The notes: generated by a model not told the origin, from the letters alone. DNA of 28,969 nucleotides from an uncultured Pirellulaceae bacterium (GCA_964443915.1 CAYUFW010000069.1:1-28969); one strand, 5' to 3'; shown: positions 7,189-16,405, numbered from the stretch's first letter. Numbers and translations: made by a program.

Positions 7189-8000
7189 GCGCATTTCCCT
7201 CTGATTACATCCTTGATCAGTTCGGTGGGCTGGACGCGATTCGCCAGCAAGTGGACTTGGCGCGCATCCGCGTCGCCAAGTCGGTGCTGGCACAAATCGC
7301 GGCTGGCGATCGGTCGGCTACCTGCGCAGTGTCAACTTCGGAACTCGGCAAGACCCAGCAGACACTGCAAGTCGCCGAGCTGCGGGCGCTCGACCTGCTA
7401 CTACATTGGCAGCGAGATGCTCGCTCGCAGGAAGGCCAGGAGTTCCGACGCTGCTGCTCCTTTGCCTATGACTTGCGGCGGTCACTGCCGCCTCCGGACG
7501 ATGCCGACGAGGCCTTGAAAAGCTGGCTGCTGCTTTCCTGTGCGGCCGTGCTCGGCGACCGTTCGGCCGACGTCCGGCGGTATTTCCGCGAACATCCGTG
7601 GGCGATTCCTCAGCCGGATGCTGGCCGACCGAACTGGATGCAGTTGCTGTTCTATACGACCGCTGAGGCTTTCCTGCGAGTCGTGCGAAAACAGGGCTGG
7701 GCCGATCTGGAGCACGTCGCGGCATCGGTCAGCAGCCTTCGCGAACAGCAAGGACAATTCGAGCAGGCCTATTTGCATCAGGAAAACGGTATCCGGCAAA
7801 CGGCGGCCTTGGAGCTAGTGGCGTGCTACCATTTGGCAAAGGCCGTTGAAGTCCTGGCGCTCTATGTCGGCACAGGCGAGCCCGCCCGAGCAACAGACGA
7901 AGTCGAGTTCCACGTGAGCCGTGCCGAGCGGCTGATACGGCGGGAATTGTTGAGTTGGCGTTGTTGCTCCGCTGGATGGGGGCTGCAGCACGAGCACTGA
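7185..8000 (+). CDS. Hypothetical, probably all-helical protein (271 aa), coupled to the nuclease-like gene and the helicase
   Basis: TTG 7185 lies 8 nt after GGGGAG (7171-7176) and overlaps the upstream TGA (7186-7188). Alternative starts are TTG 7149 and GTG 7251. I recognise no motif. The last ~18 codons (LLSWRCCSAGWGLQHEH) look atypical; see the frameshift finding. Confidence 0.55.
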   Translation: MSAFPSDYILDQFGGLDAIRQQVDLARIRVAKSVLAQIAAGDRSATCAVSTSELGKTQQTLQVAELRALDLLLHWQRDARSQEGQEFRRCCSFAYDLRRSLPPPDDADEALKSWLLLSCAAVLGDRSADVRRYFREHPWAIPQPDAGRPNWMQLLFYTTAEAFLRVVRKQGWADLEHVAASVSSLREQQGQFEQAYLHQENGIRQTAALELVACYHLAKAVEVLALYVGTGEPARATDEVEFHVSRAERLIRRELLSWRCCSAGWGLQHEH

Positions 8001-8044
8001 TTCGCAGCACGATCTGGCATCAACTCGGCGCCTATAACGACAAG

Positions 8045-10414
8045 ATGACTTCCTTCAAGAAGGTGCTGGCCAGCCGGGACAAAAGCCAGCCCATGTTCGA
8101 GTTGTTGCCCCCGCAACGGGACGCGATCCAGGAGTTGATGAGCGTCGGCAATCGAGCGTTGGTCGTCGAGCTGCCGACGTCCAGCGGCAAGACGCTGCTC
8201 GCGGAATTCCGCATCATCCAGACCAAGGTGAACGTCGCGGATTCTTGGATTGCCTATCTGGTTCCGACTCGGGCGTTGGTCAATCAAGTCACGGCCCGCC
8301 TGCGTCGGGACCTCGGTGGCCTCGAACCGGATCTGAAGGTGGAGTTGGCATCGCCGGCCATCGAAGTCGACGTCTTTGAAGAGGAGCTTCTTCAGGGCGC
8401 GGATACCTTTGATGTGCTGGTAACGACGCTTGAAAAACAGGACCTTCTCATACGTAGCCGGCGGATCGATCTGAAGCGCCGCCCGCTGGGGTTGGTCGTT
8501 CTGGACGAAGCTCACAACCTAGGTGACGGTGCGCGTGGATTACGCAGCGAACTGCTGCTGTCGACGGTCAACCGTGAGTCGCCGGAAACGCATTTCCTGC
8601 TGCTGACGCCGTTCGTCCCTAACGCTGAGGAGTTGGCGAAGTGGCTGGACGACGAACGCTCGAAGAGCATCCAACCTAGTCTCTCCGTGGATTGGCAGCC
8701 AAACGACCGTCTGATCGGCTTGGCCTACCTGGAGGGAAAGGGTCGGGTTTGGGGGTTAAACCTACGAGCACTGCACACGAGTCGTCCGAGCATTCACTTT
8801 GAGGGCGACGCGGTCTTGGAGTCCAGCCGGGAACGCGCGGTCCCGATCAGCACGGCAAAAAGTTCCAAGAAGAAAGTCGCCGCGGAAATCTCGCGTGTGC
8901 TTTCGATTCGCGAGTGTGCAATCGTGCTGGCCTACTCGCCAGCCGATACCTGGGACATCGCTGCGGACATTGCGGACGGGATGCCGCCGATCAGCAAACC
9001 GTCGCCTCGGCTGCAACTTGTCCGGCGCTTCGTGGAAGAGGAATACGGCGACACGTTCCCGCTGGCCCGGTTGCTCGACAAGGGCGTCGGCGTCCACCAC
9101 GCTGGCATCTCGCCGGATACGCGGTATCTGTTCGAGTGGCTGGTGGAGAACGGCGAGTTGAAAACGTTGGTGGCGACGTCGACCCTGGCCCAAGGGGTGA
9201 ACTTCCCCATTTCCAGCGTGGTGTTGGCCACGCATCAAAAACCCAAGGTGATCGGGAACAGCTACATCCGAGAATCGCTTCGACCCGACGAGTTTTGGAA
9301 CGTCGCCGGCCGCGCGGGCCGGCTCTTCCAGGATTCGCTCGGTTTGGTCGTGTTTGCGTCGACCACCACGCGCGACGAAGATGTGGAGAAATTCGTCGAT
9401 GCCAGCGTTCAACACTTGGCGTCCGCCTTGGAGGAGATGATCGCTGACACGATCTCCAAGGGATGGGAATTGGACTTGAAGCGACTGGTCAAAAGTGATG
9501 CGAAGTGGTCCAGCTTCGTGCAATTCCTCTCTCACACCTATCGCCAGATCAACGATCATTCGCGGTTCGTCGCGGACACCGAGATGCTGCTGAGGCGAAC
9601 CTACGCCTATCGGCGTCTCCTGGTGCATCAGCCGGAGGTGGCGCAGCAACTGCTGGAATCGACTCGGGTTTACGCGGAGCAGTTGAAGAGACTACCGGCA
9701 GGCGTGGCGTCGCTGGTGGACACGACAGGTTTTTCGCCGGAAACAGTGGTGCAACTCCTGACAAAGAAAGCCGAGATGCAGCTGCCTCGATCGGAGTGGA
9801 GTCCCAGTCAGCTCTTTCGAACCGGCGGCGAAGGGCTGCGAAACCTTGTCGGCAAGATGCTGGAAGTCAACGAACTCAGCATCGAAGGCCGAGGGGTCGG
9901 CGAACCCGGCAGCCTCGCGGACATCATCAGCATGTGGGTCGGCGGCAATTCGTTACGGGAAATCGCCGATACACATTTTCGGACTGAGAACGATGCGGGA
10001 AAGAGGCTCACCGACTGCTGTCGCCTGATCTTTCAGAAGGTAGCGCAGAACGCATCGTGGGGGCTCGGCGCCATTCAGAGTTTGGCCGGTGTGGATCTGA
10101 GTTCACTCCCCCGGACGGAACAGGAGGCATTTCGCACGCTGCCGTCGATGATTTACTTCGGATGTTCGACGGTCGAAGGTGTGCTGATGCGATCCCTGAA
10201 CGTACCGAGGTCCGTCAGTGTGCCGTTGGGCGACGCTTTCAGGGCAGACACTTCGTCGGATTCAAGCCCCGGCACTCGTAGGGAACGGGCAAGAAGCTGG
10301 ATCCGCGATGCTAAGCGTGCGGTCTGGGACAAAGCCGCTCGGGCGAGTCGGCTGTCGGGAAAAGATTGCCGCAACCTGTGGCAAATCCTCAACGGACGTG
10401 AGCCGGATTTCTAA
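8045..10414 (+). CDS. brxHII: SF2 DEAH-box helicase, Ski2/Hel308-like (BrxHII-like / HamB-like)
   Basis: Motif I ELPTSSGKT (about 8174-8194), motif II VLDEAHNLG (DEAH at 8504-8515), GVGVHHAGISP, LVATSTLAQGVNFP and WNVAGRAGR. I use ATG 8045 as the start, but the frame is open from 7850 and TTG 7955 is an equally possible start. Confidence 0.85.
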   Translation: MTSFKKVLASRDKSQPMFELLPPQRDAIQELMSVGNRALVVELPTSSGKTLLAEFRIIQTKVNVADSWIAYLVPTRALVNQVTARLRRDLGGLEPDLKVELASPAIEVDVFEEELLQGADTFDVLVTTLEKQDLLIRSRRIDLKRRPLGLVVLDEAHNLGDGARGLRSELLLSTVNRESPETHFLLLTPFVPNAEELAKWLDDERSKSIQPSLSVDWQPNDRLIGLAYLEGKGRVWGLNLRALHTSRPSIHFEGDAVLESSRERAVPISTAKSSKKKVAAEISRVLSIRECAIVLAYSPADTWDIAADIADGMPPISKPSPRLQLVRRFVEEEYGDTFPLARLLDKGVGVHHAGISPDTRYLFEWLVENGELKTLVATSTLAQGVNFPISSVVLATHQKPKVIGNSYIRESLRPDEFWNVAGRAGRLFQDSLGLVVFASTTTRDEDVEKFVDASVQHLASALEEMIADTISKGWELDLKRLVKSDAKWSSFVQFLSHTYRQINDHSRFVADTEMLLRRTYAYRRLLVHQPEVAQQLLESTRVYAEQLKRLPAGVASLVDTTGFSPETVVQLLTKKAEMQLPRSEWSPSQLFRTGGEGLRNLVGKMLEVNELSIEGRGVGEPGSLADIISMWVGGNSLREIADTHFRTENDAGKRLTDCCRLIFQKVAQNASWGLGAIQSLAGVDLSSLPRTEQEAFRTLPSMIYFGCSTVEGVLMRSLNVPRSVSVPLGDAFRADTSSDSSPGTRRERARSWIRDAKRAVWDKAARASRLSGKDCRNLWQILNGREPDF

Positions 10415-10439
10415 CCACCGGCAACCGCGGAGGCGGGGC

Positions 10440-12431
10440 ATGGCTGATTGGCGGGAAGCGATCCTCGGCGAGTTCACTCCCGAAGTGGCCCGCTTGACCA
10501 TCGCCTTCGATCCGGACGGTTTGCTGCTGGAGCAGAACCTGCTGGACCGCGTGCTGCAGCGCGGCTTCGAGGTGGTGCAGTGGGAGGACGATGTTCAGTT
10601 CCGGTTCGTGTACGAGTCCCGGTTCCGCGCGAGGTGGGACCGAGGTGAAGGACCGGAGATGATTGTGGACGTTCGCGGATCGGGCCAGGCGTCAACCGCA
10701 CTGCCGTACGACATCCTGTCCAAGGGGCGGACCGTCGAGTTCTCGCTGGCCGGCCTGTTTCCGCAACTGAGCTATCCCGTGGTGGCTTTGCTGGACAGGA
10801 CCGACTTCGACACGCTGTATCAGGCCGTGGTCCAATTCCGCCCGGATCCCCTGGGCGAAAACGCGACCAAAGGCTTCGTTCTCCGCCACGTGTTCGAGAT
10901 CGCACCGGAACTGATCAAGACGCCCGTGGAGTTGCTGCGCGTGCTGCTCCGCAGGCATTATCGTGCGCAGCGTATTCCGGAGTTGGTCGAACGGCGCTTG
11001 ATCGAGCTGCTGCGGACTCGGCCGGCGTTCAAGGATTGGCCTCTGGAACGGATCGTTCCCGATCGCAACGAGTTCCTGCGATTCCTGCAGGAACGCTGGC
11101 CGCACTACCTGAGTTCGTTCACGTCGGGCGTGGCGGAGGAGCCTGTGCTGGAGATCTCCGGCCCGGTCGCCTTGCCTTTCGATCATGAAGACATCCGCGT
11201 TTACATCGACAACTACTTCGTGGAGGGCCTGCTGCAGCCTGTGGAGCATGAAGCCGGGGACCGGTTGCTCGATCGCTGGGTGGCCGTGGGCCTGAGGGGG
11301 CATCGTGGCCAAGTGGACCCTCGGCGAGTCCAGCGATTGATCGAACTGACCAACGAAAGTCTGCCGGCCGAAGGCTGTCCCTTCCAGGACTGGTGCCAGT
11401 TTGCCGGCCGCTGGGGGGAATTGCAGGTGGGCCTGTATCGATTATCAGACCGTCTCCGTGGCACGCCAAAGCCTTGGGATGCGGTCAGCCAGCTACAGGC
11501 CGCACTCGACGAGGCGTTTTCGTCTTGGCTGGCCCGGCACTACGCGGCCTTGGCCAACCTGCCGCCGGTCCCGCCGGCGATGCTCCATCACGTGCCTCGT
11601 TTACTTGCCCGCCAGCTGGCGTCGTCTCCGAAAGCCAAAGTGGCCCTGGTAGTCGTGGACGGGATGTCGTGGACGCAATGGCTGGTAATCCGCGACCTGA
11701 TGAGCGAGTCGCACGAGCGATTCGACCTTCGGGAGGACGCCACCTTTGCCTGGCTGCCGACGCTGACCTCCGTATCGCGGCAGGCTCTGTTTGCCGGCTT
11801 GCCGCCCTTCTACTTCCCGGACAGCATTGACGGCACCGAGAAGGAACCGGCCCTGTGGACGAAGTTCTGGAGCGATCACGGTCTGGCGGCTCACCAAGTC
11901 GCTTACCGAAAAGGGCTTGGCAAAGGCGACGCCGACCAGGTGTTGGATCTGCTGGCCAACCCGCGAATCCGCGTCGTCGGTCTTGTCGTGGACACGCTGG
12001 ATCGCATTATGCACGGAGCCGAACTGGGAGCGCGCGGCGTACTGGGCCAGGTTGAACACTGGGCTCGTGACGGTTACCTCGGCAAGCTCTTGCGGCTGTT
12101 GCTGGTCCACGGATTCCTGCCCGTTGTAACGTCAGACCACGGCAACGTGGAGGCCAGCGGGTGCGGGCGACCCAGTGAAGGCGCGCTGGCGGAGCTGCGC
12201 GGCGAACGCGTGCGGGTGTATCCCGATCCGGCCTTACGGGCGCGTGTTTGGGAGCGTTTCCCGCAGGCCAGACAGCCCGCCCTCGTTGCGTTGCCGGATC
12301 GTTATTATCCGCTGCTCGCGCCGCTCCGCCGCGCGTTTGTGGCTGAGGGAGAGCGCATCGTTGCCCACGGCGGCGATGGCTTGGAGGAACTGATTGTGCC
12401 GTTGGTGACGGTCCGGGGGCGAAAGGGATGA
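10440..12431 (+). CDS. pglZ: PglZ-domain protein (alkaline-phosphatase superfamily; BREX phosphatase-like)
   Basis: 663 aa. ATG 10440 follows GGAGG. PglZ hallmarks are KVALVVVDGMSWTQW, PTLTSVSRQALFAG, VVDTLDRIMHG, VVTSDHGN and AHGGDGLEELIVPL. Confidence 0.85.
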   Translation: MADWREAILGEFTPEVARLTIAFDPDGLLLEQNLLDRVLQRGFEVVQWEDDVQFRFVYESRFRARWDRGEGPEMIVDVRGSGQASTALPYDILSKGRTVEFSLAGLFPQLSYPVVALLDRTDFDTLYQAVVQFRPDPLGENATKGFVLRHVFEIAPELIKTPVELLRVLLRRHYRAQRIPELVERRLIELLRTRPAFKDWPLERIVPDRNEFLRFLQERWPHYLSSFTSGVAEEPVLEISGPVALPFDHEDIRVYIDNYFVEGLLQPVEHEAGDRLLDRWVAVGLRGHRGQVDPRRVQRLIELTNESLPAEGCPFQDWCQFAGRWGELQVGLYRLSDRLRGTPKPWDAVSQLQAALDEAFSSWLARHYAALANLPPVPPAMLHHVPRLLARQLASSPKAKVALVVVDGMSWTQWLVIRDLMSESHERFDLREDATFAWLPTLTSVSRQALFAGLPPFYFPDSIDGTEKEPALWTKFWSDHGLAAHQVAYRKGLGKGDADQVLDLLANPRIRVVGLVVDTLDRIMHGAELGARGVLGQVEHWARDGYLGKLLRLLLVHGFLPVVTSDHGNVEASGCGRPSEGALAELRGERVRVYPDPALRARVWERFPQARQPALVALPDRYYPLLAPLRRAFVAEGERIVAHGGDGLEELIVPLVTVRGRKG

Positions 12432-13222
12432 GACAGCGGCATCGCCAAGTCGGCTTTAGCCAGCGAGTGCGCCTGGAATGGCTGGAGCGAACGGCCAGCC
12501 TCGTGTTGGCGGGAAATACAGAACAGGACACGATCGCCGGACTGCAGGCGTTTCTGCAGGACAAGATTTCCGTCGGCGGCTCGGCGGTGCGGAGTAACCG
12601 CGAGAAGGTCATTACGATCTTGCGGCGAGTCTGGCTGCCTGTCGACGACGAACTGGCCGGGCTCCGAGAAGCGGGGCTTGGCTTCCTGCGGGACCTGCCC
12701 CAGGAAGAACACCTTGCGGTTCACTGGGGCATGGTGATGGCGGCGTACCCGTTTTGGTCCACCGTGGCAGAGACCGTGGGCCGCCTGTTGCGACTGCAGG
12801 GTACGGTGTCTGCCGCCCAGGCCCAACGCCGAGTCCGCGAGAGCCTCGGCGAACGGGAGACCGTAGCCAGGGCCGCCCGACGCGTCATCCGTGCGTTCAT
12901 GGATTGGTGCGTGCTCTCTGAGACCGGCGCGAAAGGCGTTTATGGCCGCAGCGCTGTGCTTCAGGTCGCTTCGACCGATCTTACCGCGTGGCTGGTGAAC
13001 GCCTACCTTTGCGCTTCGTCAACCGGCAGAGCCGATCTTGACGCCGTACTGAATTCTCCAGCGTTCTTCCCCCTTCGGCTGCGGCGTTTGACCGGCCCCG
13101 ACGTAGTGTCGAAAACCCGAGGGCGCGTCGATGTCATTCGCCACGCCAACAATGAAGATCTGGCAATTCTGTCACCACCCCGCGCTAGTCTTCCACAACG
13201 GGACAGGTTCTCAGCCTCATGA
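12428..13222 (+). CDS. brxA: BrxA-like (DUF1819-like) helical protein; the last gene of the block
   Basis: 264 aa. ATGA overlap with the pglZ stop (12428-12431). It sits where brxA sits in type-3 BREX. The sequence is helical with a wHTH-like segment (ERETVARAARRVIRAFMDWCVLSETGAKGVY). The family assignment rests on position and general character only. Confidence 0.45.
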   Translation: MRQRHRQVGFSQRVRLEWLERTASLVLAGNTEQDTIAGLQAFLQDKISVGGSAVRSNREKVITILRRVWLPVDDELAGLREAGLGFLRDLPQEEHLAVHWGMVMAAYPFWSTVAETVGRLLRLQGTVSAAQAQRRVRESLGERETVARAARRVIRAFMDWCVLSETGAKGVYGRSAVLQVASTDLTAWLVNAYLCASSTGRADLDAVLNSPAFFPLRLRRLTGPDVVSKTRGRVDVIRHANNEDLAILSPPRASLPQRDRFSAS

Positions 13223-13338
13223 AGCGAAGGGGGATCCTACGAACGAGACCGCCACCCTGCGGAAGACCGCCCTCCGTCATCTTGATGGCAGAGAACCGAG
13301 GGCATTTGAAGTAACGGGCGCACAAGGGAGGTGGGAAC

Positions 13339-13668
13339 ATGAAGCCGTTTCGATTACTGAAGATCGCAGCGCCGCGGACGATCGATCCGGAGGGGAACCA
13401 GGAGTGGGCTGCGGCCCAGGACTCGCTCCGCAAGAAGTTGGACGAGTGGATCCCGGTCGTGCTGGCGGCCCAAATGGCCTGCTGGTACGACGACCGGCAA
13501 CGTGACAACTTCAACCGCGCGACGTTCAACCCGTTGCGGCTGGACGTCCAGTTGCAGAGCAAGTGGTCTGCGGGCATCCTGGAACGGTGGGTGGACGGGG
13601 TCTACACTATCACGAACACCGACCGGACGACGCTCCATGATCCTTTTCTGACGCAAGAGGCGAGATGA
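13339..13668 (+). CDS. Small hypothetical protein (109 aa)
   Basis: ATG 13339 follows a strong SD (GGGAGGTGGG). The stop overlaps the next start (ATGA at 13665-13668). Confidence 0.6.
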   Translation: MKPFRLLKIAAPRTIDPEGNQEWAAAQDSLRKKLDEWIPVVLAAQMACWYDDRQRDNFNRATFNPLRLDVQLQSKWSAGILERWVDGVYTITNTDRTTLHDPFLTQEAR

Positions 13669-16286
13669 TGAAAACGTTCTTACTGAACTGTCTGGTTGCA
13701 TGCGCGGCCATGGTAAGCCTGATTTTCGGGTTGTTGCCAATCCTGCAAGGCGGCGAGCCCGATCCGTTGCTGGACTGGTCGGCGTGGGAGCAGTATGGCG
13801 GCACGGTCAAGCACCCGTGCGTCACGTTCAAGTCGGCGGACATCGAGCGTGCCAAGGCGAACATCCAGCGGTACACCTGGGCGAAGAACTACGCGGCGGG
13901 CGTCGAGGCGAGCGCTAAGCGGCACCTCGACCGGCTCACGCCGGAGTTTCTGGCGAGCATGATTCCGGAGACGACGCCGGGTGATCCCCTCTGGACGCCC
14001 TGTCCGGCGTGCCGCGAGCAAGGCAAGCCGGTCCATCCGCACGGGCTCTGGGACTGGGACCTGGACGATGCCGACCACATCCGCTGTACCATCTGCCGGA
14101 CGGTCTTTCCCAACGACCAGTACCCCGAAGACGTCGTGCTGCACACGCAGTGGCGCAAGCCGCAGACGATTGCGTACTGTGGCGGCGAAACGTTCGTCAT
14201 CTTCGGCTACAAGACCGGCCGGCCCAGCTTCACGGGGAACGTCCGCTCGCGAAAAGTCCGCTGGATCGCGGGCTACTGCCGCTCGCTGGGCGAGGCGCAT
14301 CTGCTGACCGGCAAGCCCGAATACGCCCGCGCCTGCCGCGAGATTCTCTTGCGGTTTGCGGACTGCTATCCAACGTGGCTGGTCCACGTCGGCTATGGGG
14401 AATACGCCGATACGGACCCGCGCACCGCGGCGCTGAACATCAATAAGCTGCCGGAGCCGGAACTGTGTCCGCCGCCCAACAAGCCGGACCGCCGGCTGCA
14501 CACCGGCTACTGGAGCGCGGGCCGAGCGGGCGGCGTGGGCATGGAATCCGGGTTCGTGCGGCAGGTGGTCGAGGCTTACGATTGGACGTGCGCTGCGAAG
14601 GCAGCCGACGGCAGTCCAATCTACAGCGACGCCGACCGGCGCAAGATCGAACGCGACTTGTTGCTGGAAAGCACGATCCTGCTGGTGTGCGACAAGCAGA
14701 TCAACAACAAGTCCGTCAGCAACCGCACGGCCGCCGCGCTGGTCGGCATGTGCGTCGGGCATCCGGATTTGGCGCGGTTCGGCCTGGAGGGTTTCCAGAA
14801 GACGGTCGACGGCTGGTTCCTGCCCGACGGCGCGACGTCCGAGTCGCCCAGTTACGGCACGATGACGCTGGGCGGAATCTGGGACCTGGCGGAGGCGTTT
14901 CGCGGGTACAGCGATCCGCCCGGCTATCAGGACGCGGACGGCAAACGGATCGACTCGCTTGATCTGTACCGCGGCACGGCGTACGAGCGCGTGTGGGAGT
15001 GCTTCTTTCGTGGGTTGCAGGGCGACCTGCGGTTTCCGCCTTGCGCCGATTCCTCGCGCGGGGCGAGCCTGGGAGTGAACTTCATCGAGTTGATGGCCAG
15101 CAACTATCCCGACCGGCCGCAGTACCTGGCATTGCTGAAGGAAACGTTGGGCGGCGGGCGCGGCAAGGCCGGAGCCGTGGCTGGAGACGTCACGCGGCAG
15201 GATCTGCTGAAGGAGTTGCCGGGTTCGGGCCTGGCGACCTACATCCGCGAGCCGGGCCTGGAACCGGGGACCTCGCCGCCGCTGTCGTTCGCGGACTGGT
15301 GTCCGCCGGATTTGCGGATCGGCCACCTGCGCACGGGCTCGGACGGCCGCGAGAGCCTGCTGACACTGAGCGCCAGCCACTGGGGCAATCACCATCACTA
15401 CGACAGCCTGAACGTCTACTACTGGAAGCAAGGCCGCGAACTGCTGTCCGACCTCGGCTACCTGTGGGACCATCCCTTGAAACACATGACCATGCACACC
15501 GTGGCGCACAACACGGTGGTCTTGGACGAGAAGGACCAGGTTGCGAGGGCCCGCGGCGGCGAGGTGCTGTTCTTCAAGACCTCCGAGCACGTCAAGGCGA
15601 TGGAAGCCTCGTCGCGCGCCTATCCGCAGGCGAAACTCTACCGCCGTACCACGGCGGTCATCGACCACGGCGGCGGGCGGAACTATGCCGTGGACTTCTT
15701 CCGCGTCGCAGGCGGCCAGCGGCAGGACTACGTGTATCACGCCGCTGCCAGCGCGTGCGACGTGCGGGACTTGAACCTGCAGCCTGTGCCGGCAGAGAAG
15801 CTGTACGATTTTGCCAACGTCCGCGCCGCCGACGGCGCCGGCGTGTGGCGGGCGACGTGGAAGTGCGGCGAGGACCTGACGTGCGTGGCGTGGAACGTGG
15901 GCCAGTCGGGCGAGCGGGCGCTGGTCGCCGACGGCTGGGGCCAGCGAGACTGGAAGAACTCCGACATCGGCGCAACGATTCCCTACGTCGTCCGCCGCTG
16001 TGAGGGCGAAGGCGTGCGGACGTTCGTCTCGGTTATCGAAGGCCACGTTGGAGCAGAGCCGTTTGTCCGCAACGTGAAGCTCGCGGATCCGTCCGGCGTG
16101 CTGATCGTCGAAACGCCGCTCGGCGCGGACTACGTCATGTCCCATCTCGATACGGGGACGCTGCCGGTATCCACATCCGCCGGGGGACAGCGCATCGCCG
16201 CCCATTTCGCCGTCGTCTCGGTCCAGGACGGGAAGGTGGCCTGGACTTCTGTTGTCGAGAGCTTGCCCGCCGGCGGCGGGCCATGA
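13665..16286 (+). CDS. Heparinase II/III-like (alginate-lyase-fold) protein with an N-terminal signal or anchor
   Basis: 873 aa. Hydrophobic N-terminus MMKTFLLNCLVACAAMVSLIFGLLP. A C-terminal heparinase II/III-like block: SASHWGNHHHYDSLNVYYWKQGRELLSDLGY...HNTVVLDEKDQ. Confidence 0.75.
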   Translation: MMKTFLLNCLVACAAMVSLIFGLLPILQGGEPDPLLDWSAWEQYGGTVKHPCVTFKSADIERAKANIQRYTWAKNYAAGVEASAKRHLDRLTPEFLASMIPETTPGDPLWTPCPACREQGKPVHPHGLWDWDLDDADHIRCTICRTVFPNDQYPEDVVLHTQWRKPQTIAYCGGETFVIFGYKTGRPSFTGNVRSRKVRWIAGYCRSLGEAHLLTGKPEYARACREILLRFADCYPTWLVHVGYGEYADTDPRTAALNINKLPEPELCPPPNKPDRRLHTGYWSAGRAGGVGMESGFVRQVVEAYDWTCAAKAADGSPIYSDADRRKIERDLLLESTILLVCDKQINNKSVSNRTAAALVGMCVGHPDLARFGLEGFQKTVDGWFLPDGATSESPSYGTMTLGGIWDLAEAFRGYSDPPGYQDADGKRIDSLDLYRGTAYERVWECFFRGLQGDLRFPPCADSSRGASLGVNFIELMASNYPDRPQYLALLKETLGGGRGKAGAVAGDVTRQDLLKELPGSGLATYIREPGLEPGTSPPLSFADWCPPDLRIGHLRTGSDGRESLLTLSASHWGNHHHYDSLNVYYWKQGRELLSDLGYLWDHPLKHMTMHTVAHNTVVLDEKDQVARARGGEVLFFKTSEHVKAMEASSRAYPQAKLYRRTTAVIDHGGGRNYAVDFFRVAGGQRQDYVYHAAASACDVRDLNLQPVPAEKLYDFANVRAADGAGVWRATWKCGEDLTCVAWNVGQSGERALVADGWGQRDWKNSDIGATIPYVVRRCEGEGVRTFVSVIEGHVGAEPFVRNVKLADPSGVLIVETPLGADYVMSHLDTGTLPVSTSAGGQRIAAHFAVVSVQDGKVAWTSVVESLPAGGGP

Positions 16287-16405
16287 ACTTCGTTCGTCTC
16301 CCGCCCGTTCCGCGTCCGAGGACACTGGGAATCATGTCCGAGCAGCCTCTCCCCCAGACCTCTCCGGCCGAACCGGCGGATTTGGTCGGCCTGCTGAACA
16401 TGATG

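Noticed and set aside
13680-16325. 881-aa minus-strand ORF opposite the heparinase-like gene
   Set aside because: Same shadow-ORF signature (Arg/Ala/Pro-rich, no motifs). The plus strand has a signal peptide and family-specific motifs.
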